Of a stretch of 64,000 nucleotides of DNA, positions 1-10,052 are shown piece after piece. Made by a program: the position numbers and the translations under genes. Numbering within the stretch: position 1 is the stretch's first letter; each line of letters opens with the position of its first letter. The stretch comes from an uncultured Chloroflexia bacterium (lineage in GTDB: Bacteria > Chloroflexota > Limnocylindria > Limnocylindrales > CSP1-4): the NCBI GenBank assembly GCA_963766735.1, contig CAVYBU010000030.1, positions 1 through 64,000 of the forward strand, written 5' to 3'. The notes under the pieces were generated by a model that worked only from the letters and a program-made list of their open reading frames with translations, searched no databases and was not told the origin of the DNA.

Positions 1-120
1 TCGGGGGTCGCGTGCGACCCGGTGGACGCCGGCCCGGGTCGGGCCTTCTCCTGCGATCGGGGCCCGTTCGCGACGCGATCCGTGAATCTGGTGCTCGGCC
101 TGCAACATGACGACGGCTAG
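1..120 (+). CDS. Possible 3' end of an upstream CDS (partial)
   Basis: Frame 1 is open from base 1 to TAG at 118-120 (SGVACDPV...LGLQHDDG*); no recognisable motif. Confidence 0.3.
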   Translation, partial: SGVACDPVDAGPGRAFSCDRGPFATRSVNLVLGLQHDDG

Positions 121-149
121 CGCGTCATCCACGGCAGGAGGAGCTTGCG

Positions 150-1394
150 ATGAACGGGCTTGCCGCGGGATGGACCAGGTTCGTGGGCATGGCGGTGGTC
201 GTGCTGCTGACAGGATGTGGCGGAGCAACTGCGCCACCAGTCGAGACGGTCGCGCCGACGTCGATCCCGACGGTCGTGACAACGGACGCTGCCGCTACCG
301 GATCTCCCGTCTCTCCCGCCGCCTGCGTGTCCGACCCGAACACGGGCTGGGATCTGGTTGATCGCCGGAAATGGGCGGAGGCGCTCGAGGTGTTCGAGTG
401 TGCGATGGCGGGAGATCAACCCACCGTCGACGTCTTCGAGGGTCGGTGCTATGCGCTGATCCAGCTCGGCCAGCCCGACGTGGCACTGGCCGACTGCGCC
501 CGTGCGGTCGAGCTCGACGCCTCATCGGCGGACGCGCGCGTGTTCAGGGGCATGGCCTATGCCGGGCAGGGAATGACCGACCTGGCGCTGGCCGACTACG
601 ACGAGGCGATCAGGCTTGACCCTGAACACAGCAACGCCTACGCGAACCGTGGCAACGCCTACGACGAGATGGGGCAGTTCGAACGCGCCATCACGGACTA
701 CGAGCGCGCCATCGAGCTCGACCCGAAGTCGTCGTTCGCGTACCGGAACCGCGGCGTCGCGTACGTCGGACACGGGGATACCGATCTCGCGCTGGCGGAC
801 TTCGGCCGGGCGATCGAGCTGGACCCCTCCTATCCCGCTGCCCACGCGAGCCGCGCGGACCTGCTGTGGCAGGCCGGTGATGTCGAAGGGTCGCTCCGGG
901 ACTATGACGAGGCGATCCGCCTCGATCCCACCGCCTACCCGGCCCTCACGGGTCGCGCCCAAGCCCGGATCGATGCCGAGGACTTCTCGGGAGCCACCCA
1001 GGACGCCGAGGCCGCCATCGCGCTCGATCCCCAGGTCGCGGATGGCTACTACCTCCGGGGCCTGGTCGCGGCCTACCAGGGCAACGATGATGCGGCCGTC
1101 GTGGACTACGACAGGGCCATCGCCCTGGAGCCGGACCACTTCGCGGCGGTTGGTGGTCGGGCCCGGGCCTACCTGCGGCAGGGAAACACGGAGGGCGCGA
1201 TCGCCGATTGCGACCGGCTCATCGTGGCCGAACCAGGGCTTGGCGCCCTGTATGCGATGCGGGGCGCAGCGAAGGCGATGGGGGGCGACAAGAGCGGCGC
1301 GAGCGTTGACTTCGAGCGGGCGCTGGCGCTCACCACCGATCCGGACCTCATCGACGAGATCAAGTCGTGGCGGCGCGAGCTCGGCATCGATTGA
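150..1394 (+). CDS. TPR-repeat lipoprotein
   Basis: AGGAGG RBS upstream; hydrophobic signal with lipobox LLTGC; Pro/Thr linker; about 10 TPR repeats (AYANRGNAY...AIELDP). Confidence 0.9.
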   Translation: MNGLAAGWTRFVGMAVVVLLTGCGGATAPPVETVAPTSIPTVVTTDAAATGSPVSPAACVSDPNTGWDLVDRRKWAEALEVFECAMAGDQPTVDVFEGRCYALIQLGQPDVALADCARAVELDASSADARVFRGMAYAGQGMTDLALADYDEAIRLDPEHSNAYANRGNAYDEMGQFERAITDYERAIELDPKSSFAYRNRGVAYVGHGDTDLALADFGRAIELDPSYPAAHASRADLLWQAGDVEGSLRDYDEAIRLDPTAYPALTGRAQARIDAEDFSGATQDAEAAIALDPQVADGYYLRGLVAAYQGNDDAAVVDYDRAIALEPDHFAAVGGRARAYLRQGNTEGAIADCDRLIVAEPGLGALYAMRGAAKAMGGDKSGASVDFERALALTTDPDLIDEIKSWRRELGID

Positions 1395-1569
1395 CGGTCG
1401 CGCGTGCGCGGCGCCTGGCCAGCGACGCATGGTCGACGCGTGTCAGGCGATCGGATCTTCCCGATCCATGTCGCGACGCTCGGCCCAGGCACGCTCCGTC
1501 CTCAACGCGGCCGCGGGGTCGCCGCCCACCGGGTCCCTGCGCGCCTCGTTGCTCATCGGACGCGGGCAG

Positions 1570-2805
1570 TCACCCCTCGGGCGTGGCGTCGGGCGGCGGC
1601 GCGGGGTGGGCGTGCTGGACCCCGGCCACCTCGTCCACGTCGTCATCCTCGCCCGGCTGTGGCTCACGTGGCCGGCGGACAGGCCTTCCCTCGCGCGCCT
1701 CGACGCGCCTCGTGGCCCGCTCGGCCACGGTGCCATTGTCATGCGTCCGCTCGAAGAGATAGAAGAAGAACGCGGACAGCACCGCCGCGATCGGGATCCC
1801 GAAGATGGCACCCGGGATCCCGGCCACCTTCGCGCCGATGATCACGGAGCCGATGACCACGACGGGGTGGATGCCGACAGCGCCCGCCATCAGGCGCGGC
1901 TGCAGGATGTTCATCGTCACGAACCAGCCGATGCCCATCACGATCAGGACGGGAACCACGGCGCTGGGAACGAGCAGCAGGGCGATGGCAACGGGCGGAA
2001 CCCAGGAGATGAACGGCCCGAAGAACGGGATCGCGTGCAGGATGCCGGCGGCGAACACCGCGACCGCGGCATACGGCAGCCCGAACACGATGGTGACGGC
2101 GGCGGTGATGAGGCCGAAGGACAGGCCCATGAGCAGCTGCGTCTTGAGGAACCCGCCGAACGAGCGCGAGACGCTGGCCTCGACCATGCGGACCGCGTTG
2201 CCGGCAGCGGGCGGCACCAGCCGGAGGAGGAAGGCGCCGATGGCGTCCCGGTCGATCGCGATGTAGACCGACAGGATCACGAGGATCAGGATGTTCCCGA
2301 GGACCCCGACACTGGCGACGGCGACCGACTGCAGCGGCCCGACGAGCTGGCCGGCCCACGTCTGCAGGTTCCTCACGATCTCCGGTGCCTGGTCCACCAG
2401 GTTCACCGAGAACCCGAACACGGCGAGCCGGGCCTGGAGCTCGGTGAGGATGTTCGTCAGCTGGTCCTGGAGGTTCGGGGCGTCCTTGATGAGCTCGTCG
2501 ATGGAGGACACGAGCGAGGACGACGCCTGGACGAGGACCGTCAGGAGCACGCCCACGATCGTGAGGTAGACGATGATCACGGCGCCCGCCTGCGGCATCC
2601 GCGGGATCAGGCGGTGCACGCCCTTGATCAGCGGCAGCAGAGCGAATGACAGCAGCCAGGCAAGGAAGAACAGCAGCAGGATGTCGAAGAACGCGTAGAA
2701 CATGCTCGCCACGAGCCCGGCGACGACGAAACCGAGGGCAATGACCCCGAGAATCAGGAGGGCGTCAACGAGACGTCGCTGGCGGTCGGTGAGCTCGATC
2801 GGCAT
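1570..2805 (-). CDS. AI-2E (PerM) family transporter
   Basis: Multiple TM helices; motifs IPFFGP and NILQPRLMAGAVGIHP...G.PGAIFGIP. Confidence 0.9.
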   Translation of the reverse strand: MPIELTDRQRRLVDALLILGVIALGFVVAGLVASMFYAFFDILLLFFLAWLLSFALLPLIKGVHRLIPRMPQAGAVIIVYLTIVGVLLTVLVQASSSLVSSIDELIKDAPNLQDQLTNILTELQARLAVFGFSVNLVDQAPEIVRNLQTWAGQLVGPLQSVAVASVGVLGNILILVILSVYIAIDRDAIGAFLLRLVPPAAGNAVRMVEASVSRSFGGFLKTQLLMGLSFGLITAAVTIVFGLPYAAVAVFAAGILHAIPFFGPFISWVPPVAIALLLVPSAVVPVLIVMGIGWFVTMNILQPRLMAGAVGIHPVVVIGSVIIGAKVAGIPGAIFGIPIAAVLSAFFFYLFERTHDNGTVAERATRRVEAREGRPVRRPREPQPGEDDDVDEVAGVQHAHPAPPPDATPEG

Positions 2806-2952
2806 GTGTGAAGCCTACGACGGCGGGGGCTGGCGCGGCGCGGCCGCGCGCAACCTCGTCCACGACGGGGTACGGCTCTCCCCGCCTGCCCGTTCGGGCA
2901 GATCCGGGCCGGGCCGTTGACGCTGTTGATCCGCCACGACATGCTGTCGGCG

Positions 2953-4356
2953 ATGGAGTTCGCGCGCGCAACCCGAACGCGCCGGGGACCCGGCACCCTG
3001 CTCTCGTCGGACGGTCGACCGGCGCGGACGCCCGCGCCCACCGTGCTCGCCGAGGCCCCTCTGTCGGAGGCGGCGCTCCTCCAGGTACAGCAGACGGCCG
3101 GCAACGCGGCGGCCATGGCCCTCGTCCAGCGCCAGCCGAATGGCCCCGGCACCGTACCCGCGACCGAGGCCGGCACGCCGGCGGCGGGCACCTCGACGGT
3201 GGAGCGTCGGACCCTGCGCTTCGGCTCGACCGGTGACGACGTCAAGCTTCTCCAGATGAAGCTGCATCAGCTTCGAGAGCGGGCGCACGACCGGGACGCC
3301 AACCGGCGCTCCCGGAAGGACGGCATCTTCGGGCCGTTGACCCGCCAGGACGTGATTGACTTCCAGGGGGACACCGGGCTGGATGCCGATGGCATCGTGG
3401 GACCGAGGACCTGGAACGCCATCGACTCGCTGGTGCCCGGCACACCCACGGAAAGCGGCGAGACTGCGGCCGACGAGCAGTTCGAGGCGGCCCGGGCGCT
3501 CAGGGATGCCGCTCGCTACGACGAGGCGATCACCCTCTTCGAGGCGCTCGCGGCCGGCTTCGCCACCCCTGATGTGGCCACGTCGTCACTGGCCAACGCC
3601 GGCACCTGCCACCAGCAGCGAGGCCGGTTCGGGATCGCCGTGGCGCGCTACGAGCAGGCGCTGGCCGGACGCTTCAACCAGGAGGACCTCCGAGCGGCGA
3701 TCCTGGAGGCCCTGGAGAAGGCGCGCCGGAACGAGTTCCTCGACGAGCCTCCTCCGGATCCGGAGCCGCTCCCCGCGGGTGCCGACCCCACAGCGGCCGG
3801 TCGCGAGGGCGGCGGTGTCACGGAGCGCCAGACTGTCAAGACCGGCGACACCGGGGATGCCGTCGACCTGTTGAAGGGCAAGCTCCTCCACCTGATGGTC
3901 GGCTGGCCGCCAGCGTTGCCCGACGGCGACACGTTCGATCCGCAGACCGCGGAGAGGGCCCGTGCGTTCCAGGAGGCCTGCGGGCTCACGGCGTCGGGGG
4001 AGGCCACTGCCGCCACGTGGCACGCCTTGGACAGCTTCACCAAGGCCGACGTGCCCCACTCGACCCTGGCGCCCATCCAGCGCCGGTTCGGGGAGGCATG
4101 CGTGCTTGCGGAATCCGACCCGGCAGGCGCGCTGCCGGTCTTTGAGAGCATCAGGGACGAGGCCAAAGGGCTCGGGCTCCACGAGATCGTGAAGTACCTC
4201 GAGGGGTGGATCGGGCGGCAACACCGTCGCCTGTCGAACTTCCCCGAGGCGCTCGATCACCTCAACCTCAGCCTGGCCCAGAACATCCCGAACCCGACCC
4301 GTTTCGGTGCTGTCCTCGAAGAGGTGCGCAAGGCCCGCTCGAGCATCTCGGAGTAG
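2953..4356 (+). CDS. Protein with two peptidoglycan-binding domains and TPR-like helices
   Basis: LRFGSTGDDVKLLQ...DGIFGPLT...FQ...GLDADGIVGPRTW and a second copy (GDTGDAV...FQEACGLTASG); start chosen at ATG 2953, 7 nt after CATGCT. Confidence 0.75.
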   Translation: MEFARATRTRRGPGTLLSSDGRPARTPAPTVLAEAPLSEAALLQVQQTAGNAAAMALVQRQPNGPGTVPATEAGTPAAGTSTVERRTLRFGSTGDDVKLLQMKLHQLRERAHDRDANRRSRKDGIFGPLTRQDVIDFQGDTGLDADGIVGPRTWNAIDSLVPGTPTESGETAADEQFEAARALRDAARYDEAITLFEALAAGFATPDVATSSLANAGTCHQQRGRFGIAVARYEQALAGRFNQEDLRAAILEALEKARRNEFLDEPPPDPEPLPAGADPTAAGREGGGVTERQTVKTGDTGDAVDLLKGKLLHLMVGWPPALPDGDTFDPQTAERARAFQEACGLTASGEATAATWHALDSFTKADVPHSTLAPIQRRFGEACVLAESDPAGALPVFESIRDEAKGLGLHEIVKYLEGWIGRQHRRLSNFPEALDHLNLSLAQNIPNPTRFGAVLEEVRKARSSISE

Positions 4357-4425
4357 TGACGAAAGGGGAGGCCAGCCCGGGACGGCCGCGCGGTCGGGCG
4401 CCGACGAGGTCCGGCGCGAGGGGTT

Positions 4426-5445
4426 CTAGCGCAGCCCCATCTTCTCCCTGACCTCGGCCATCGTGGCCGCGGCCATCGGCTTGAGGCGATCCGCGCCGGC
4501 CTCCAGGATCCCGTCCACCTCGGCCGGGCTGGCCATCAGCTCGGCGTACCGCTCCCGGGCGCCCGCGTAGTGAGTCGTGATCCGCTCGACCAGCAGCTTC
4601 TTCGTGTCCACGCAGCCGGTCCGGGCGGTCCGCTCGCCGTCCCAGATCTCCTCGTAGTCGTCGCCGAAGAACCGGTGGAGCTGGCACACGTTGCAGACCT
4701 CGGGCCGCCCGGGGTCGGAGCGGAGGCCGCGCTGGGTGTCGGTGACCATGCTCATGACCTGGCGGCGGATCAGGTCCGGCTCGCCCAGGACGTCGATTGA
4801 GTTGCCGACGGACTTGGACATCTTCTTCACGCCGTCGGTTCCCAGGACGACGGGTGCGCTCGTGAAGACCGCCTGAGGCTCCGGGAAGGTCTCGCCGTAG
4901 CGGTAGTTGAAGGCACGGACGATCTCGCGGCTGAGCTCGAGGTGCGCGGCCTGGTCCTTGCCCACGGGCACCAGCGATGCCTTGTAGATGACGATGTCGG
5001 CCGCCTGCAGGACGGGGTAGGTGAGCAGGCCGTGGTTCACGTCGTCGGGCTGGGTGGCGACCTTGTCCTTGTAGGTCGGCGTTCGCTCCAGCCAGCTGAC
5101 CGGCGTGACCGTGCAGAGCAGCCAGGCAAGCTCGGTGTGCTCGGGACGGTGGCTCTGCACGAACAGCGTGCAGCGCTCCGGGTCCAGGCCCAGCGCCAGC
5201 AGTCCCGCCGCCAGCTCCCGGGTGCGGGTGCGCATCAGATCCGGGTCATGCGTGCTGGTCAGCGCGTGGTAGTCGACGATGCAGTAGATCGCCTCGTACT
5301 CGTACTGCAGCATCACGTAGTTCCGCACCGCGCCCAGGTCGTTCCCGAGGTGGACGATGCCGGACGGCTGGATGCCGGAGAAGATGCGGGGGCGGGGGGC
5401 GCCGGCGGCCAGGGGGGCCGGGGCGGGGGCAAGTTCGACTGTCAT
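4426..5445 (-). CDS. trpS: Tryptophan--tRNA ligase
   Basis: FSGIQPSG, HLGN, YPVLQAADI, VPVGKDQ and KMSKS motifs; ATG at 5445. Confidence 0.97.
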   Translation of the reverse strand: MTVELAPAPAPLAAGAPRPRIFSGIQPSGIVHLGNDLGAVRNYVMLQYEYEAIYCIVDYHALTSTHDPDLMRTRTRELAAGLLALGLDPERCTLFVQSHRPEHTELAWLLCTVTPVSWLERTPTYKDKVATQPDDVNHGLLTYPVLQAADIVIYKASLVPVGKDQAAHLELSREIVRAFNYRYGETFPEPQAVFTSAPVVLGTDGVKKMSKSVGNSIDVLGEPDLIRRQVMSMVTDTQRGLRSDPGRPEVCNVCQLHRFFGDDYEEIWDGERTARTGCVDTKKLLVERITTHYAGARERYAELMASPAEVDGILEAGADRLKPMAAATMAEVREKMGLR

Positions 5446-5607
5446 CGTCGCGGAGTGTAGTGGAGGGGCGTGGCCGTCATCCACCGGCGGCGTCCGGACG
5501 GGGTGGGCCCTACCCGATTGCGCACGCGTGATCCTCGGCTCCAACCGCTCGCTGGCGGCGTTCGCTACCATCCCCCCACATTCATCGCCCGCAACTGCGA
5601 GATCCCC

Positions 5608-6729
5608 GTGAGCATCCAGCCTCTTCGTGTCGGCGTCATCGGCGCCGGAACCGTCGGCCGCGAGGTCGTGCGCGCCTTCCTCGAGCGGTCGCAGCGCCTC
5701 GTTCCCACCGACGGGCGCCCGCTGATCCTGGCCGCGGTCGCCGAGAAGTTCACCGACCGGGCCATCGCATCGGGCATCCCGGAGTCCCTGCTCACCGACG
5801 CCCCGGCCCACATGATCGCCAGCGGTGACGTGGACGTCGTCGTTGAAACGATGGGTGGCGCCGAGCCGGCCCGCACGCTCATCAGCGCCGCCCTCACCGG
5901 AGGGTTGCCGGTGGTGACCGCGAACAAGCACGTGGTCGCCCACTTCGGGCCGGAGCTGGAGAGCCTGGCGCGCGAGACCGGCTCCGCGTTCCGGTTCGAG
6001 GCGGCCGTCGGCGGCGGCATCCCGCTCCTTGGCCCGATCGCGCTGGACCTTGCCGCCAACCGGATCGGCCGGGTGCGCGGCATCGTCAATGGGACGACCA
6101 ACTACATGCTCACGGCCATGGCCCGGGAGGGGAGGGCCTACGCGGAGGTGCTCGCGGAGGCGCAGGCGCGCGGCTACGCGGAGGCGGACCCGACCGCTGA
6201 CGTCGAGGGCCTCGACGCCCTCAACAAGCTGGTGATCCTGGCGCGTCTGGCGTTCGGCGCCTGGATCGACCCGGCCGCCGTCGACAATCGACCGGGCACG
6301 ACGACGGGCGCCCCCGGCGCCCCCGGCATCACCGGCGTCACTGCCGATGACGTGGCCGCGCTCGCCGCCGAGGGGCGGATCCTGCGGCTGATCGCCACCA
6401 CCCGCCTGGCCGACGATGGGGCCATCGAGGCCTCCGTCGTGCCCACCGCGGTTCCCGCCAACTCTCCGTTCGGACGCTGTGACGGGGTGCTCAACCGGGT
6501 GGAGGTCGATGCGCTGCCGGTGGGCCGGGTCGCGTTCGAGGGCCCGGGAGCCGGCGGCCCCGCGGCAGCCGCGGCCGTCCTCTCCGACCTCGTCGCGATT
6601 GCCCGCGGCGTCGGTTCCACCTGGGCCGGCTCTCCGGCCGCCATCGAGCGATCAGCGATCGCCGTCCGTCCGGTGGCCGCAGAATGCGTTGCGGCGCCGT
6701 CCGGCGCCTGCTATCCCGTCGGAGACTGA
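5608..6729 (+). CDS. hom: Homoserine dehydrogenase (short form, no obvious ACT domain)
   Basis: [46 protein letters not shown]. Confidence 0.95.
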   Translation: MSIQPLRVGVIGAGTVGREVVRAFLERSQRLVPTDGRPLILAAVAEKFTDRAIASGIPESLLTDAPAHMIASGDVDVVVETMGGAEPARTLISAALTGGLPVVTANKHVVAHFGPELESLARETGSAFRFEAAVGGGIPLLGPIALDLAANRIGRVRGIVNGTTNYMLTAMAREGRAYAEVLAEAQARGYAEADPTADVEGLDALNKLVILARLAFGAWIDPAAVDNRPGTTTGAPGAPGITGVTADDVAALAAEGRILRLIATTRLADDGAIEASVVPTAVPANSPFGRCDGVLNRVEVDALPVGRVAFEGPGAGGPAAAAAVLSDLVAIARGVGSTWAGSPAAIERSAIAVRPVAAECVAAPSGACYPVGD

Positions 6730-6737
6730 GCGCCCGC

Positions 6738-7817
6738 ATGGCCAGGTCCAATCTCGCACGCCCGCGCCTCGTCGAGCGCTACCGCGACTTCCTCCCGGTG
6801 ACCAGCGCCACGCCGGTCGTCTCGCTCGGCGAGGGTGCGACACCGCTCATCCGCGCCCGCCGCCTGGGGGCGTCGGTCGGATTGCGGAACCTCTACCTCA
6901 AGATCGAGGGTCAGAACCCGACCGGCAGCTTCAAGGACCGGGGCATGGTCATGGCGGTCGCCAAGGCCCTTGAGGGTGGCGCGCAGAGCGTCATCTGCGC
7001 CTCGACCGGCAACACGTCGGCTTCTGCTGCGGCCTACGCCGCCGCCGCCGGTCTCGAGTGCGTCGTCGTGCTGCCTGCGGGCAAGATCGCGGTTGGCAAG
7101 CTGCTCCAGGCGCTGGTGTTTGGCGCGCGGGTCATCTCGGTGAGCGGCAACTTTGACGAGGCCCTCAACGTGGTGCGGGCCCTGTCGGAGCAGGACGATC
7201 ACCCGATCACCCTGGTCAACTCCGTGAACCCGTACCGGATCGAGGGCCAGAAGACGGCGGCCTTCGAGGTCTGCGACGACCTGGGCTGCGCCCCGGACAT
7301 CCTGTCCATACCGGTCGGCAACGCCGGGAACATCAGCGCCTACTGGCGCGGCTTTCGCGAGTACCTCGACGCGGGCGTCGTGGCGGCGGCTCCCCGCATG
7401 TGGGGGTTCCAGGCCGCCGGAGCCGCGCCTCTCGTTGCCGGCCACCCGATTGAGAATCCCGAGACCATTGCCACCGCGATCCGCATCGGCAACCCGGCGT
7501 CGTGGGATCTCGCGATGGCTGCGCGGGACGATTCCCGCGGGCGGATCTCCGCCGTCACCGACGAGCAGATCCTGCACGCGTACCGGGAGCTGGCCCGCCT
7601 CGAGGGCGTGTTCTGCGAGCCGGCATCCGCGGCTTCGGTCGCAGGCGTGATCGGGGCCGCGCGCGACGGCGAGCTCAACCCCGATGACCTCGTCGTCTGC
7701 GTCCTGACCGGCAACGGCCTCAAGGATCCGACCACGGCCGAGACGGGCCTCACGGTCAACGTCACCGAGGCCGAGCCGACCGTCGCCAGCGTCGCGCACG
7801 CCCTGGGCTGGACCTGA
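6738..7817 (+). CDS. thrC: Threonine synthase
   Basis: [10 protein letters not shown] (PLP lysine), [25 protein letters not shown]. Confidence 0.97.
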   Translation: MARSNLARPRLVERYRDFLPVTSATPVVSLGEGATPLIRARRLGASVGLRNLYLKIEGQNPTGSFKDRGMVMAVAKALEGGAQSVICASTGNTSASAAAYAAAAGLECVVVLPAGKIAVGKLLQALVFGARVISVSGNFDEALNVVRALSEQDDHPITLVNSVNPYRIEGQKTAAFEVCDDLGCAPDILSIPVGNAGNISAYWRGFREYLDAGVVAAAPRMWGFQAAGAAPLVAGHPIENPETIATAIRIGNPASWDLAMAARDDSRGRISAVTDEQILHAYRELARLEGVFCEPASAASVAGVIGAARDGELNPDDLVVCVLTGNGLKDPTTAETGLTVNVTEAEPTVASVAHALGWT

Positions 7818-8811
7818 TGGCCGAAGCTGCGTCCGAGGGTGCGTCTCCTTCTCCGTCCCCAGGCGCCTGGGACGCCGTTGTCGGGCGGCCGCTGATCGTG
7901 GACGTGCCCGCTTCCACGGCAAACCTGGGCGCCGGGTACGACTGTCTCGGCCTGGCCTGGAGCTTCTCAACCGGGTCACGGTCACGGCGGTCGTGGGCGA
8001 CGGGTCGATCGAGCTGGAGGTCACGGGCGAGGGCGCAGACGAGCTGCCCGCGACGCGGTCCAACCGCTTCGTGGCGGGGCTGGAGGCGGCGCTCGAGGTT
8101 CTGCTCGGGCCGAGACCCGCGGGGATCGGCTGGCGGATCGCGATGCACAACAGGATCCCGCTCGCTCGCGGCCTCGGCTCCTCGGCGGCGGCGACGGTGG
8201 GCGGCGTGGTCGCGGGCAACGTCCTGGGCGGCGGCACGCTGCCGATGGCGACACAGCTGCGCCTGGCAACGGAGATCGAGACGCATCCCGACAACGCGTC
8301 GGCCGTGCTGCTGGGCGGGTTCGTCGTGTCCGCGCACCTGGGCGAGCGGGTCGAGGCGGTCCGCTTCGACGCCCCGGAGGGGCTGCGGGCGGTGCTGTTC
8401 ATCCCTGAGCGCCGGCTGTCCACCGCGGACATGCGGCGCGTGCTGCCCCTGGAGGTCCCGCTGCGGGACGCCGTGAGCAACCTGAGCCGCGTCGCGATCG
8501 GGGTGGCCGGGATCGCCTCAGGGCGGTTCGAGCTCCTGGCGGACCTCACGGTGGACCGCATCCACGAGCCGTACCGCTCCGTGGCCTACCCGCAGCTGCC
8601 GCGCCTCACGGGTGCCGCCCGCGCGGCCGGGGCGCTCGGCGCGTTCCTTTCCGGCGCCGGGTCCACGGTGCTGGCATTCGTCGCCCCGGGCGCGGATCCG
8701 GCACCGGTCGAGGTCGCGCTGCTCGATGCCGCCGCGGCCGTCGGCCTGGACGGGCGGACGATGATCGTGACTCCGCGCAACCGCGGCCCGGAGATCGTGG
8801 AGGGCGCCTGA
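7817..8811 (+). CDS. thrB: Homoserine kinase (frameshift near 7957, probably a sequence error)
   Basis: VPASTANLGAGYDCLGLA in one frame; PLARGLGSSAAA, HPDN and LSGAGST in the next; restoring one C in gcc-ctg joins them. Confidence 0.9.
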
Positions 8812-8996
8812 TGGACGGGCTCGGCCGGTCCGTGGGGGACGGGATCACCGGGCTGGTCGGCGGCGCGCTCGAGGCGATCGGGGCGGCCATCTCCGGGATC
8901 ATCGACGCGCTGGGCACGGCCCTGCCGGCCGGCGCCCTGCCGGTGATCGGGATCGCGGCCGTCGTGCTGGTGATCTGGCTGGTGCTGAAGCGCTGA
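8811..8996 (+). CDS. Small membrane protein (61 aa)
   Basis: Start overlaps the thrB stop; Gly/Ala-rich with a C-terminal TM helix ending KR. Confidence 0.65.
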   Translation: MDGLGRSVGDGITGLVGGALEAIGAAISGIIDALGTALPAGALPVIGIAAVVLVIWLVLKR

Positions 8997-9012
8997 GCCG
9001 CTGGTCGCTGGC

Positions 9013-9693
9013 TCAGCTCTCGAGGCGGACGACCGGCGGCGGCATGCCGTCCGGCGTGAACGCATCCGGCTCGGGCGCACCCAGGATCGTCCGGACCGGG
9101 ATGACGCCGCCCCACGCGGGCCAGGTCTCATCGCCGTCGGAGTCGTGGTTGACATCGGCGCGGACCTTCGCGGACGCCTCGGCCAGGTCCACCCATGCGA
9201 CCGAGGTCGCCTTGCGCTCCTGCGGGGTCATCGGGCGCAGCGTCGACCAGCGGCCGGGATACAGCCGCTCGAAGAGCGCCTCGAGGCTGGCGTCCTTGGC
9301 CGCGTCGTCCGTCACCAGGTGGGCCGTTCCGAGGACCATCGCCGAGCGGTAGTTCACGGAATGGTTGAGGCCGGAGCGGGCCATGACCAGGCCGTCGAGG
9401 TGGGTGATGGTCACGCAGACGGGCTGGCCGTCGATCGCCCGGAGCATGCGACTGGCGCTGGAGCCGTGCCAGTAGAGGCGGTCTTCCTCGCGCCAGACCA
9501 GTGTGGGCGTCGAGTAGGGCTGCCCGCCCGAGACCCACGCCACGTGGCCGATGACAGCCGCGTCGATGATGGGGTAGATCTCCGCCCGGTCATAGCGGCC
9601 ACGTTCGGGGAGCCGCCGGACGCGCGTCCGGTCGCTGGAGGCTTTCGACCGGCCCTTCCCGGTGGGCGTGTCGCCATATTCAGGATCACTCAC
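9013..9693 (-). CDS. Pyridoxamine 5'-phosphate oxidase-like flavin-binding protein (NimA-like)
   Basis: RVRRLPERGRYD, LYWHGSSASRM, THLDGLVMARS..HSVNYRS, SAKVR; GTG 9693 overlaps the upstream stop. Confidence 0.88.
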   Translation of the reverse strand: MSDPEYGDTPTGKGRSKASSDRTRVRRLPERGRYDRAEIYPIIDAAVIGHVAWVSGGQPYSTPTLVWREEDRLYWHGSSASRMLRAIDGQPVCVTITHLDGLVMARSGLNHSVNYRSAMVLGTAHLVTDDAAKDASLEALFERLYPGRWSTLRPMTPQERKATSVAWVDLAEASAKVRADVNHDSDGDETWPAWGGVIPVRTILGAPEPDAFTPDGMPPPVVRLES

Positions 9694-9920
9694 CGGCGGT
9701 ACAGGATCCATAGCGCGACGCCGGTCGCAGGCGGTGTGGCGTAGCCGTAGGCCGGGTTGACCGGTGCCGGCACCGTCGGCACCGCGCCGATGTTCGCGAT
9801 CCGCCAGCCGTCCGGTGCACGCCGGGCCGCGTCCGCCGCGACCCAGTCCCAGAGCGCGTCGCCGATGGTGGTGTCGGCCGTGACCAGAAGCTGGTCATCG
9901 CCGATGAGTCGTTCCTTCAT
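9690..9920 (-). CDS. Hypothetical protein (76 aa)
   Basis: GGGGAG RBS before ATG 9920; MKERLIGDDQ...LWILYRR; GTGA coupling to the next gene. Confidence 0.7.
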   Translation of the reverse strand: MKERLIGDDQLLVTADTTIGDALWDWVAADAARRAPDGWRIANIGAVPTVPAPVNPAYGYATPPATGVALWILYRR

Positions 9921-10052
9921 GGCACTCCCCTCGCCGTCGGGTTGGTGCCTGACAGGGTACGCGTCGCGTGACGACGGCGTGGGTCGCATCGCCACGCCGC
10001 CCGAACGGGGCGCGCGGTGGAACCGGGCCCGAGCACGGATACCATCGAGGTC

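Noticed and set aside
5446-5607. T-box or attenuator for trpS or the thr operon
   Set aside because: No T-box consensus, leader peptide or U-tailed terminator; trpS appears leaderless.
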